From Octopus bimaculoides (Eukaryota), in assembly GCF_001194135.2 (NCBI RefSeq), contig NC_068985.1:65151464-65215463 (forward strand): a DNA stretch of 64,000 bases, given 5' to 3'. Positions 12,900 to 23,959 of the stretch are shown piece by piece. How positions within the stretch are numbered: position 1 is the first letter of the stretch; every line of letters starts with the position of its first letter. The notes below the pieces were generated by a model. It was not told the DNA's origin, ran no database searches, and worked only from the letters and a program-made list of their open reading frames with translations. The translations under genes were made by a program, and so were the position numbers.

Positions 12900-14347
12900 T
12901 TGACCCTCTCTTGACAATTGGCTACTGGTCTGTTTATAATGGCTGGTTCCTACCACTTTTTACTGGGAGGAGTATACAGTTTCACTGTACAACAGTACCA
13001 AGGCATACTGACTACAGCTGTTATCCTAAGACAACATCAGCAGATAATAGAGTAAGAAAGAGGAAGTGGATCAGTAAAGAAAACAGGATAGTGATGCTGT
13101 GCTACTTAGAAAGTGAACCCAAAAGGAGTCATAGAAAACATGTTAACACTTTGGGTAGAGACGGGTATGTTTAAAGTGACTGAGCAGAGACTAGTAGACC
13201 AACCTAATGTTATTAGGAGAAGAAAGTGGGCGACAGAATTGGAGGTGGGAGAGATCACAAGAGAACTGGAAAAGAAAGGCCAGGCCAAACAACACATAAA
13301 AGATACAGTCCAAACCAAAGAAGAACCAAAAGGAAAAAAATAATAATAGCACTATCAATCAGGAAGAGACAACTGACACCAGCAGCTTGAGCGATTTAAG
13401 TAAGGAAGATCAGAAGATGTTAGATGAGTTGCACAAAGCAATGAGTAAAGAAAAAAAATACTGCCAGCATTAAAAGGTACCAACAGAAGAAAAGCTGCTA
13501 GATATGACTAGGAAAGTAGATTCTGTTATCAGTAGGATAGATACTAAAAATATAGATGAAGCTAACTTATTGATCTATGCAGGAAGAGTAGTAGTTATTA
13601 AAAGATTAGGTATTCCTCAAAGAAAGATTAGAAAGAGCAAATGTAGAAAAGGAGATTACAAAACAAAGTGAAGGCATTAAGACAAGATGTGAATAGAATA
13701 GAAACTAGACAAGTTGGGAAACACAAAATTTAAATCTTTTCTTGAGAAAAGATAGTCAAAGAAAAAGGATTTGGGACAGTCATAGAAGAGTTGAAACAGT
13801 GTATCAAAGCAGTAGTAGGTGAGCTTTCCAGATATCAGAAAAGAATAGATCAGTATTTGCAGCAGACCAGAGATTTTGTAGCCAAATAAATGGTAGAGAA
13901 GAAAGTACAGATGATGAGAAACCTAATGTAGAAGAAGCTAGAAAGTTCTGGAGTAATATTCAGGATAAGCTATAATGGAGATACAGCATAATTATAATGG
14001 AGATACAGCATAGTTAAAGAAAGTGAGGGAAGAATTAGTGAGTGAGAAGCAGCCAGAACTAAGACTAACTGGTGCATTAATGAGTAAAGTGTTACAAAAA
14101 ATACCGAATTGGAAGGGTCTAGGACCAGATTTGGTTCAAGGGCATCGGTTAAAGAAATTCAGTAGCTTACATGAGAGACTGAGGAAACAACTTCAGGATT
14201 GCTTGAATGGAGGAATAATACCAAATTGGATGACTAGAGGGAGAAAAGTTCTCCTTATGAAAGACAAAAGCAAGAGCAATACAGCTAGCAATTATTGACC
14301 AATCACTTGCTTACCATTAGTGTGGAAGTTGTTAACAGGAATTCTTG
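12900..14347 (+). mobile_element. Dong/R4-like non-LTR retrotransposon, N-terminal half to early RT
   Basis: RKWISKENRIVMLCYLESEP..TEQRLVDQ N-terminal motif; KIPNWKGLGPDLVQG..NY*PITCLPLVWKLLTGIL early RT motifs. Confidence 0.75.
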
Positions 14348-14384
14348 TGCATGTACACACATCTACATGCACATACACACCTGC

Positions 14385-15470
14385 ATTATGCATTTTGTCT
14401 GTATATGAGTATGTGCACATAATTGTGGAGTTTAATAGATTTTGATGCCAAGCTTGGTCTATGGGGTTGTAAATTCATGAGTTTGTGTGTGCATGTATGT
14501 ATGCATTTTTTCTGTGAATCATGTATTTATGGGAGCATGTGCCTTTTTATGCATAATTTTCATATAATGCATATAATTGATGCCCTGAGAAGAACTTATT
14601 CAGGTTGGAGTGGTGGCAAAGTAGCCAGGGGCTGGTTGTGCTTGAAATTTTAGAGTATGAATTGTTGCTTGTGTATGTGGGGGAAGGTTTTCTCTCTAAA
14701 ATTTAAATTGCTGTGTTGTTGTTATGGTATTTAGTTTTTCGGTGATACAAAGCTAGCATATGCTGCCCCATCTCCTGTATTTTCTGACCTTATACTGGGG
14801 TTGCTCATTATTCTCTCTTTCAGTGTCCATACAATATTGGGTAAAGATCTTGTATGTCTTTTGCTTTTAACACTGAATGAAGCAAACCAACTGCTGCCTT
14901 TATCTCTCTTTGAAGGTGTTTCCCATCATTCCAATTTTGTTGTTCCATTCAAATCTATAATACTGGCCTTGTGCACTAATGCAGAAACCTGTTGTTCAGG
15001 GGACAGTTGCCCAGGGATCTAAAACTACTGGATCTTTGGAGGAATGTTCCTAATGTTTATTTTTAACAGTTGAAAATTCTCAACCCTGTATTGGGGCGGT
15101 AACTACAGCTAACTTTTATTGCATTTCTGTTGAAGATTTTGTGGTATTCATGTAAGTGAGAGAAGTGGTTGTGTATGAGCTTAAGGAATTTTCTAGCTAT
15201 ATTCATGGCTACATTCATACTATATGATGGATTGTACAATAAAATTTTCTTTTGTCTCCATCTTGGTCTATTTATATTTAGTCCAATATAAGTAATACTG
15301 TTAAAGTTTGATCTTTCCACAGCACCACAGAAATGGTACTGTAGTATTGGGAAGCTTTTTGAAAATAGTTTTATCAGTGGGTAGGTTGGAAACATATACT
15401 ATTAACTAATAATTTGATAATATACAGTGGCTGGTTAGAGCCTTTGTCAGTATAGGAGGTTTCCTCATTT
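14385..15470 (-). mobile_element. Penelope-like element fragment (post-RT linker, GIY-YIG region and 3' end)
   Basis: ORF 15063-15395 contains KKILLYNPSYSMNVAMNIARKFLKLIHNHF..HKIFNRNAIKVSCS, a characteristic PLE linker, followed by a CPL..CL..VYKA-like segment. Confidence 0.7.
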
Positions 15471-15519
15471 GGTTTATTGTAGGATATAAATTTGTCTGGT
15501 ATGGACACTTAGAGAGGAG

Positions 15520-15930
15520 TGAGCACCTTCAATATAAGCTAATAGGTAAGGCCAGCAAATACAAGGGACAGGGCAGCACATCACCATGAAACTAAATATC
15601 ATAACATCAACACTGAACATTTTAAACCTCCTTCCCCCTGCATGCACAAGCAACAATTTATACTCAAAAATTTCAAGCACAACCATCCCCCCATCCACTT
15701 CATCCTTCCAACCTGCATAAGCTCTTCTCTGAACATTAATTATATGCATTATATGAATACTATGCATAAAAGACACATGCTCCCATAAATTTATGTGAGA
15801 TTCCCCCTTTACACATATTCATGCCACCACATGATTCATAGAAAAAAAACATATATATATACACAAAAACTATGAAATTCCACAACTATATGCATATACT
15901 CATACACAAACAAAACACATAAATCAGGTC
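15520..15930 (+). repeat. Diverged inverted copy of the 3' part (~14390-14830) of the adjacent PLE
   Basis: Blocks shared with the reverse complement, e.g. AAGCAACAATT.ATACTC.AAAATTTCAAGCACAACCA and ATTATATGCATTATATGAA..ATGCATAAAA.G.CACATGCTCCCATAAAT. Confidence 0.7.
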
Positions 15931-16072
15931 TGTATGTGTGGGTGTGTATATATATATATATATATATNNNNNNNNNNNNNNNNNNNNNNNNNNNNNNNNN
16001 NNNNNNNNNNNNNNNNNNNNNNNNNNNNNNNNNNNNNNNNNNNNNNNNNNNNNNNNNNNNNNNNNNNNNNNN

Positions 16073-18050
16073 AATTTACAAAAAACAAGACAAAGACAGG
16101 TGTATAAACAACAAACAGGTGTATTAGTTTAATGCTCAGGAAAGTGAGAAAGTCTTTTACATTTCAAGCCTACGCTCTTCAACAGAAAGGAACATGAGAA
16201 AATAAACAGAGAGAGAATAAAAAAGCTTTAGTGCCTAGTGGTCAATCATGGCGATAGCTGGACGGAGATGGTCAGACAGGAGAGCTAGGAAGAAGGGGAG
16301 ATAATAAAGTGGTGATCCGAAAATGAAGGTGTGCATGCATGTGTATGTGAGAGTGTGTGTGTGGATTGGGGCTGGTGATCTTGATGTGTGAGTGCTGGAA
16401 AGTGGTCAGTGCTAGTGTGTGCAGGGTGGTGTGATGTGGTGTGACATGTGGTGGTGTGGTGTGGGTTCTGGGAAGTGGTCAATGCCAGTGTGTGCAGGGT
16501 GGTGCGATGTGGTGTAGTGTGGTGTTGTGTTGTGGTGGTATGGTGTGGTGTGGTGCGGTGTGGCATGATCTAGTGTGGTGGAGGATGCAAGGGTGGGTGT
16601 GTGATTAGGGCAGGGTACGTGAGAGTAGGGTGGGATTGGGATGTATAGGGATGGTGGGGTTGCAATGTGTAGGGGTGGGGGTGTGGACAGAAGGGGTAAC
16701 GATGAAGGGAGAAGGTGGGTAAGAGTGAAGAGAGAAAGTAGGTGTGAGAGGGAGAGAGGAGGGGAGTCAGATAAAGTGGGAGGGGAGTTGAACCCATGTA
16801 GCACAAAGGAGCGAAGAGAAAAGATTAATTAGTGTTCACTCCTGAAGGCGGGAGTCCAGATGGCCCCTGTGTAAGGACAATCTGAACACAGACAGATGTT
16901 GTAATGAATGAATGGTAGAGCAGAAATGGTGCAAGACCGGGGTGTTGTTGCCGAGTCTGATAGCTCAGAGGTGTTCCACAAACCGGTCAGCCAAGCGGCG
17001 TCTCGTTTGATTGATGTACAGAGAAGGACAGAAAAAGCAGGAGATGCAGTAAATGATGTTGCTAGAAGTGCAGGTGAAGGAGTCAGTGATATGATAGGGA
17101 CAATGATGGGTGTCTGTGAGGTTGGTGGTGTTGGAGAGGTAGGGGCAAGTGCAGCAGTGTGGGTGGGAGCAGCGGAACAAGCCGGGTTAGGAGGTAGAGT
17201 TAGGGAAGAAACTATGGACTAGGAGGTCACGTAGGTTGTAGGCTCATTTGAAGGAGGAGAGGAGTAGGTTGGGGAAGATGTGTTAAGTGGATAGGTCGGA
17301 CTGGAATCACCAGAAGGCTCACAGAATGGTGCATTGGTGAGGCAGGGTGAAGGTGTGGTAGTAGGTAAAGGGAGACGGGTAAGGGCGGGGAGAGAGAGAG
17401 CAGATGCACAGTCCATGGAAAGTGCTCTGGCAAGGGCGGTGTGGATAGTGCTGAGGGGATATCCACAAAGGATGAAGTAGCGAGCCATGAGTTGAGACTA
17501 AGTCTCAAAGTCATGGTTGTCACTGCAGAGCCTGTGCAGACAGAAGAATTGGGAGTAGGGGATGGAGAGCTTGGTGTGGTTAGGGAAGAGCAGAAGTTGT
17601 GGTATAAGTGTGAGTCGGTGTGTTTGTAGTGGATGGAGGTGGTGAGAGTAGAGTGATGTGTGTTGACCGAAATGTCGAGAAAGGCAACAGAAGTGTTGGA
17701 AATAGTGTAGGAGAATTCAAGGGCAGGATGGAAAGATTGGACAAAAGAGAGGAAGGAGTCTAGTTGTTCCTGGGAGAGTGAGATCACGCTAATACAGTCA
17801 TCAATATAATGACCATATAGTTCAGGTGTGGGACCAGTGAATCTTGAAAATGTTTAGGCCTCAACGTAGCCAATGAACAGGTTCGCATAGTTAGGGCCCA
17901 ATTCTTGTTCCTATGGCTACTCCCAAGACCTGTTGGTAAAACTCATCCACGAACAAGAAGCAGTTAAAGGAGAGAACAAGTTCAGCCAGATGAAGAAGTG
18001 TGGATGTGTCAAGTTGGGGGTTAGGTCGAAAGTCTAGGTAGTGTTTGAGG
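16073..18050 (-). mobile_element. Penelope-like element (RT plus GIY-YIG endonuclease) with low-complexity 3' UTR and terminal repeat
   Basis: GVAMGTRIGPNYANLF, HYIDDCI, FHPALEFS..FLDISV..YKHTDSH; CCTCP..FTCTSSNIIYCISC..LYINQTRRRLADRFVEH. Confidence 0.9.
16152..16188 (-). ncRNA. Degenerate minimal hammerhead-ribozyme-like motif in the PLE terminal repeat
   Basis: Minus strand reads TTGAAGA-GC-gtag-GC-TT-GAAA-TGTA, a possible CpG-decayed core. Stem I pairing is poor. Confidence 0.35.
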
Positions 18051-18780
18051 GATATGAATATATCAACATATGCTTATATATACATACATATTCACTCGCT
18101 CCCACATATGTACCTATATGTATACATTCACACTTACACTTATGCCTTTATGCACATTTATGTATGAAGATAAGCACTCACACATACATGTAAAAACACC
18201 TAAATATATATATAGTCACAGATGTATACATATATGTATATAACTAGACACATACATGTACACCTTTATGTGTACATACTCATATATGTATATATCCAAG
18301 TTTAGACACGTTCTGATGTTATATTCTTTGGGACATGTCAACTAATACTAGACAATGTAAATAATGAAACAACATTAGTACAGTATTAATTTCATGCACG
18401 TAGTATATACAAATGCACACATACATGTGCATATTTATATGGACATACACACTCATGTATATATCCAGATTTAGTTGGACATACAAACACACTCTGATGT
18501 TGTATTCCATGAGACATGTCAAATAAAACTAGACAGTGTAATAAAACCAACATCATTGGTAGATTTCCTGTGGCAACTCAAATCTAATAAGATAAAATAG
18601 GATCTGACTTGGTCCATAATAAGGCATGCACAATCATATGATGTTCTTTCCAGTAGGTGCAGATTATGTTCCAAAGAATCACTATGCATTTTGTTGGCCT
18701 GGGAAACGATCATAAATAAATGAATAGTAAAATGTTTGCATGCTAAGAAAAGCACTTATACTGTATAATAGACACAATAA

Positions 18781-18995
18781 AGGCAGCGAACTGGCAGAAA
18801 TGTTAGCACACTGGGTGAAATGCTTAGTGGGCCTTCGTCTGTCTTTACGTTGTGAGTTTAAATTCTGCCAAGGTCAACTTTGCCTTTCATCTTTTCAGGG
18901 GTCGATAAATTAAGTACCAGCTATGTACTGGGGTTGATCTAATCGACTGGCCCCTTTCCAAAAATTTCGGGCCTTGCACCTAGAGTAGAAAAGAA
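18781..18995 (+). mobile_element. tRNA-head SINE with conserved central domain
   Basis: GGCAGCGAACTGGCAGAAATGTTAGC A-box-like start, decayed B-box GAGTTTAAATTC, then GCCTTTCATC..GGGGTCGATAAATTAAGTACCAG. Confidence 0.7.
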
Positions 18996-19607
18996 TATTA
19001 TAGGCACAATTTAGTATAATCACTGACTTAATCATCATTTACGGATTACCTAGATTTTTAGATAACTAACTGAAACTTGCCTTAACTTGTAAACTCCTTG
19101 TGATATACATTGCAGAAAAACATCACTGAGATACTTCACAGGTCTACTATGTTGTGTGGTACCTATGTGCTCACTGTCCTGCATACATTTGTGTCTGTCT
19201 TTACTTACTACTTCCTGAGTGATGAACACACCACCATACTATGCTCAGCAACACAGGATATTGCAATTCTGGCTATGAGGCTTTCCATGGATTATATATT
19301 GCATGATGAATTGTTTATTCAATCAACACCTATAGACTCACAATAGCATTACAGACAGCCTATACATGAACATATAATTATAGACAGCTGATCTAACCAA
19401 TATGCATAAATGCACCAGTTAATTAGAACACATACTATGTGCATGAAATTATTGCTATATTAATGTTGTATTATGTTATGTTGTTTCATTGTTTTATCAC
19501 ATTGTCTAGTTTTACTTGATATGACCCGTGGAATACAACATTGGAGTGTGGCAATATGTCTGACTAAACTTGAATATATACATGAATATGTATGTACACA
19601 TAAATGT

Positions 19608-21260
19608 GCACTGCCCATGTTTCACTGCTGTGTAGCATAGCCATTTGCGCACCGGCATCATACAATCTGCCTTTCACTTACAGCTACACTATCAGAGCAT
19701 CCATCTCCACTACTAACTTGGTTGCTTAGATAACAGAAACTATCTACTACCTCTAATTTACCCCAATGGCAGTTGATGGTGTCTATTTTCTTAACATTTT
19801 CAGTGTTTATTGTACCTGCGCATCTTCCACATACAAAAGCTATTATCCCTGTTAGCCTTCCTTTGATATTACTGCACCTCTTATGTGTCCATAACTTACA
19901 CTGGGTACATCTTATGGAGTTTCTACCTGCACCTTTTCTACAGATTCAGCAGGGCCAACTACCTGAAGGGATTTGTGATTTGTCTGCCTCTAGTCCTGGT
20001 AGTGATTCAACTATAAGAACAAGTTCATCAGCATAGAGGATCTCTCAGGGGCAGCCTGCCTTGAATTCCTCTGTTATTGCCTGGAGGACTATGATGAACG
20101 AGAGGAGGCTGTGGATCGATCCTTGGTGAACACCTACTTGTACCTTGAATTCTTCACTGTACTCGTTGCCAACCCTCACCTTACATGCTCTCTTTGTCTG
20201 GCTGTACAGCTCTCACCAACCACCCGTCTATCCCTAGTTTCTGCATTGACCATGAGATAAGGGATAGGGAGATAAGGGAAAGGCTTTCTCAAAATCAACA
20301 AAGGCAAAATACAGAGGTTTATCTTTGACTATGTATTTCTCCTGCAGTTGTCTAACTAGGAATATAACATTAGTGGTGCCTCTCCCTAGCACAAAACCAA
20401 ATTGCATCTCATCTAGACTAACTCTCTCCCTAATGAGTTGAGTTATGACACTCTCCATAACTTTCATCACCTGATCCAACAATTTGATACTTCTGTAATT
20501 ATTTCTATCTAAGGCATCACTTTTACCTTTCTATCAGTTGACTATGGTGCTGTTACACCAGTCATTGGGTATGATTCCTTCGTGAACCACCTGATTTACA
20601 ATACACGTTACTAGACCATAATCCACACTGCCAGATATTTTAAGCATCTCAGCAATGATTCCAGGTGGGCTGGCAGCTTTCCCTGTCTTCATATCTTTAA
20701 TTGCGTTATCTACTAAAGTACTGTCAATCCGGATAGCTGGTCCCTCAATTGGGTCAATAATTGGTAGACCCTTCTCTCATTCATTCTCCATGTCCAACAG
20801 TCTTTTGTAATGGCATTTTCAAACCTCTTTCTTTGCAGAATCATTAAATGCAAATGCACCATCATGCATGCAGACACATTTCTCTCCTATGACATCACAA
20901 TTTTGTTTCACACACTATCATGCAATACGAAACACCTCAAGTCTTTGGTCCTCACATTGCTGAACATAGGCAAACTTCTTTTCTTCTTCTCCCCTGACTA
21001 GCTATACCTGTCTCCTAGCTTCCCTTCTGGCCAGTTGTTATAGTTCCCTGTTACCCCCACACTTCCAGGCCTTCCAAGCATGTTTCTTTGCTCCAATGGC
21101 CATATCTACATCATCATTCCACCACCACATCACCTTTGGTTTAGATGTGACTTTGCATCAGCTGCTGATTTGGTCTGTGGTACTCAACAAGATGTCAAGC
21201 AGGAATTCCCAGTTGCCCTCTATATCACAAGTCTGTAGTTCCTCCTCTCTCTCATCAAAT
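19608..21260 (-). mobile_element. RTE LINE, EN-RT linker through RT to C-terminus, with internal deletions
   Basis: MLDQVMKVMESVITQLIRERVSLDEMQFGFVLGRGTTNVIFLVRQLQEKY..FVDFEKAF; GVHQGS; LLYADEL. Confidence 0.9.
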
Positions 21261-21330
21261 TATGCCTAACTGAAAACAATCACAGCCACATCATCCAAAC
21301 AGACCGGGTGAAACCGGGTTTAGCTGCTAG
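21260..21330 (-). mobile_element. Isolated 5' terminus of a Helentron/DINE-1-like element
   Basis: The reverse complement ACTAGCAGCTAAACCCGGTTTCACCCGG..GTTAGGCATAAT matches 22573-22644 and abuts (TA)n. Confidence 0.55.
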
Positions 21331-21857
21331 TGTATATATATATATATATATATATATATNNNNNNNNNNNNNNNNNNNNNNNNNNNNNNNNNNNNNNNNN
21401 NNNNNNNNNNNNNNNNNNNNNNNNNNNNNNNNNNNNNNNNNNNNNNNNNNNNNNNNNNNNNNNNNNNNNNNNNNNNNNNNNNNNNNNNNNNNNNNNNNNN
21501 NNNNNNNNNNNNNNNNNNNNNNNNNNNNNNNNNNNNNNNNNNNNNNNNNNNNNNNNNNNNNNNNNNNNNNNNNNNNNNNNNNNNNNNNNNNNNNNNNNNN
21601 NNNNNNNNNNNNNNNNNNNNNNNNNNNNNNNNNNNNNNNNNNNNNNNNNNNNNNNNNNNNNNNNNNNNNNNNNNNNNNNNNNNNNNNNNNNNNNNNNNNN
21701 NNNNNNNNNNNNNNNNNNNNNNNNNNNNNNNNNNNNNNNNNNNNNNNNNNNNNNNNNNNNNNNNNNNNNNNNNNNNNNNNNNNNNNNNNNNNNNNNNNNN
21801 NNNNNNNNNNNNNNNNNNNNNNNNNNNNNNNNNNNNNNNNNNNNNNNNNNNNNNNNA

Positions 21858-22330
21858 TGTATATTATTACATATCTCTCCCGCCTGTGCTCCAGGGAGTA
21901 GAGACCTAGTGCCTTCAGTCGCTCCCTGTAGTTCATCTGTTGGACTGTGGCGATCTTTTTTGTATAGTGATGCTGAATTGCCTCGAGTTCTGCTGTCCGC
22001 TTGAGAGCAATAGTCTAGGCAGCTCAGAACAAATGTTTTCCATAGAGTCAACATGACTTTTTGATCCCTTGTTCGGAATGTCCTCAGTATCCACCCTGCC
22101 AGTTGTCTGCACTTTGCTGTCAACTTGACAATGTGCATGTGAAATGATGCATCACTATACATGTTGATGCCCAGGTCTCTTACTGTTTGTGGTTCTGGGA
22201 TTGCAGTACCTCCAGGTCCTGTGTATGCCAGTTGGGAGGCACTTGTGGCCTTGTAGTGCAGTACTTGAAATTTTTCTGCATTGAACTGCAAAAAAAAAAA
22301 AATGTACTCCTCAGAGGAGTACATTTTCAT
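21858..22330 (-). mobile_element. CR1-like LINE post-RT fragment
   Basis: FNAEKFQVLHY..VRDLGI..GWILRTFRTRD..LDYCSQ..YRERLKALGLYSLEHRRERYVIIY. Confidence 0.8.
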
Positions 22331-22541
22331 TGCACATTTTATGTGGTGTTCTCACTGCATAAATAAATGAAGTTTGTATGAAACATATGTACTGCTACAA
22401 CCTATTGAATTTTTGTTGCTTTTCTTCAAATTTTATTCACCAAATCTCTTGATTTTGTTTTTGGTTTTTACCCTACCAAATTCTGGTGCCTCAAACATTT
22501 TAAGTACCACATTTAATCTTTTGATTAAATCTATATTATTA

Positions 22542-22572
<31 letters not shown>

Positions 22573-23098
22573 ACTAGCAGCTAAGCCCGGCTTCACCTAG
22601 TTTGTTTGGATGATGTGACTGTGATCGTTTTCGGTTAGGCATAATCTATAACAGCGTTTCTCAACCTTATCATTTCGTGTCCCCTGTTTTGATTAAAGCC
22701 TCCAGCGGTATGAAAATTTCCTGACCTCTCCCCCTTGTCAGAAAATAGCTTCGGGAGTTATGAAGAACAAATTTGTACGTAGTCTGTTTCTGAGAGCTAT
22801 TCTATTGGACTTCTGTCTAATCATTAAAACATTGGGCGATCTTTCAATATGGGAACACACGACTGTCACTTACAAACCACTTATAAACCACGTGTGTTTA
22901 TTTGTATTTTTGAAGATGATTGTTGGTTTCCCTAAAAAATTTCTATTTTTTTAATATGGGTGGAAAGAGGATCTTTTGAAGTCGGCCTGAAATCAAATGA
23001 GACAGAGAGAGCGCGACTATGAGTGAAGTTCTTTTGAAGTTGGCATGAAGTGGAAGAATTGATGTGCGTGCTATGTGTGTGTGTATGAGAGAGAGTGA

Positions 23099-23161
<63 letters not shown>

Positions 23162-23805
23162 ATGGGGTGTGCGAGACAGAATGTGTGATGTGTATGTGAA
23201 TTACTTTTGTTAGTGTGTGAAGAGATAGAGAGAGTAATGTTGCTGGTGTGTGTGTATGTGTGTGTGAGAGAGAGAGATAACTGAAACTTTTTATTCACTT
23301 TTTGTGGTGAGTGAATGTGTGAGTGATTGATAGAGAAAAAGCATGCGAGCGAGAGAGAGAGAGATTATGTATGTATGTATGAATGGCTTCAGTGACACAC
23401 ATACTCACACACACATACACATAGGTTGTTATGCATGTATGTATGTATCTATGTATGGCCAAGAGAGAGTTAACTGAAACTGTGTTATTCACTTTTTGTA
23501 GTGAGTGAATGTGTGAGTGACTGACAGAGGAAAGGAGAGAGAGGTTACGTATGTATGTATGTATGTATGTATGGCTTTGGCTGACTGTCATCCTGTTCTC
23601 CCCTTGCTGCTAGTGAAATGGTATATGCCGTTCCATTAGAAAAAGTTTTAATCGATTTTGTTGGTAATTCTAGGAAAAAATACAAAGCGCATTCCAATCT
23701 ATCCACCCGTCTCCACATGTGTGCCATTTTACATGCAAATCCACCCAGCCATTTGGCTGTGAACCTCAAGACAAGAAAGAATACAATGACTGCCCATGTC
23801 CAATT

Positions 23806-23812
<7 letters not shown>
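22573..23812 (+). mobile_element. Non-autonomous Helentron-type (DINE-1/HINE-like) element
   Basis: Starts ACTAGCAGCTAAGCCCGGC inside (TA)n. It has an internal GT/GA/GTAT microsatellite core with a duplicated block (~23272 and ~23462), a subterminal hairpin CAGCC-ATTT-GGCTG (23746-23759), and ends CCAATTTATATTATA in (TA)n. Confidence 0.6.
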
Positions 23813-23850
<38 letters not shown>

Positions 23851-23959
23851 TAATTTTTTTCAAAAAGAGATAAAAAACCAAGGCTGTGAAGATTTTAGAA
23901 CAGTTATAAATAAAAAGTCTTACAGCTGTTTCCAGGATATGTTTTATATCCCTTCATCG

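Noticed and set aside
13971-14012. 20-bp tandem duplication (similar 13-bp one near 54630)
   Set aside because: Ordinary slippage-scale indels in decayed TEs.
18295-18560. Degenerate ~85-bp direct repeat, and ORF 18519-18755 with a good acceptor
   Set aside because: Low-complexity context, no recognisable protein, and no consistent donor.
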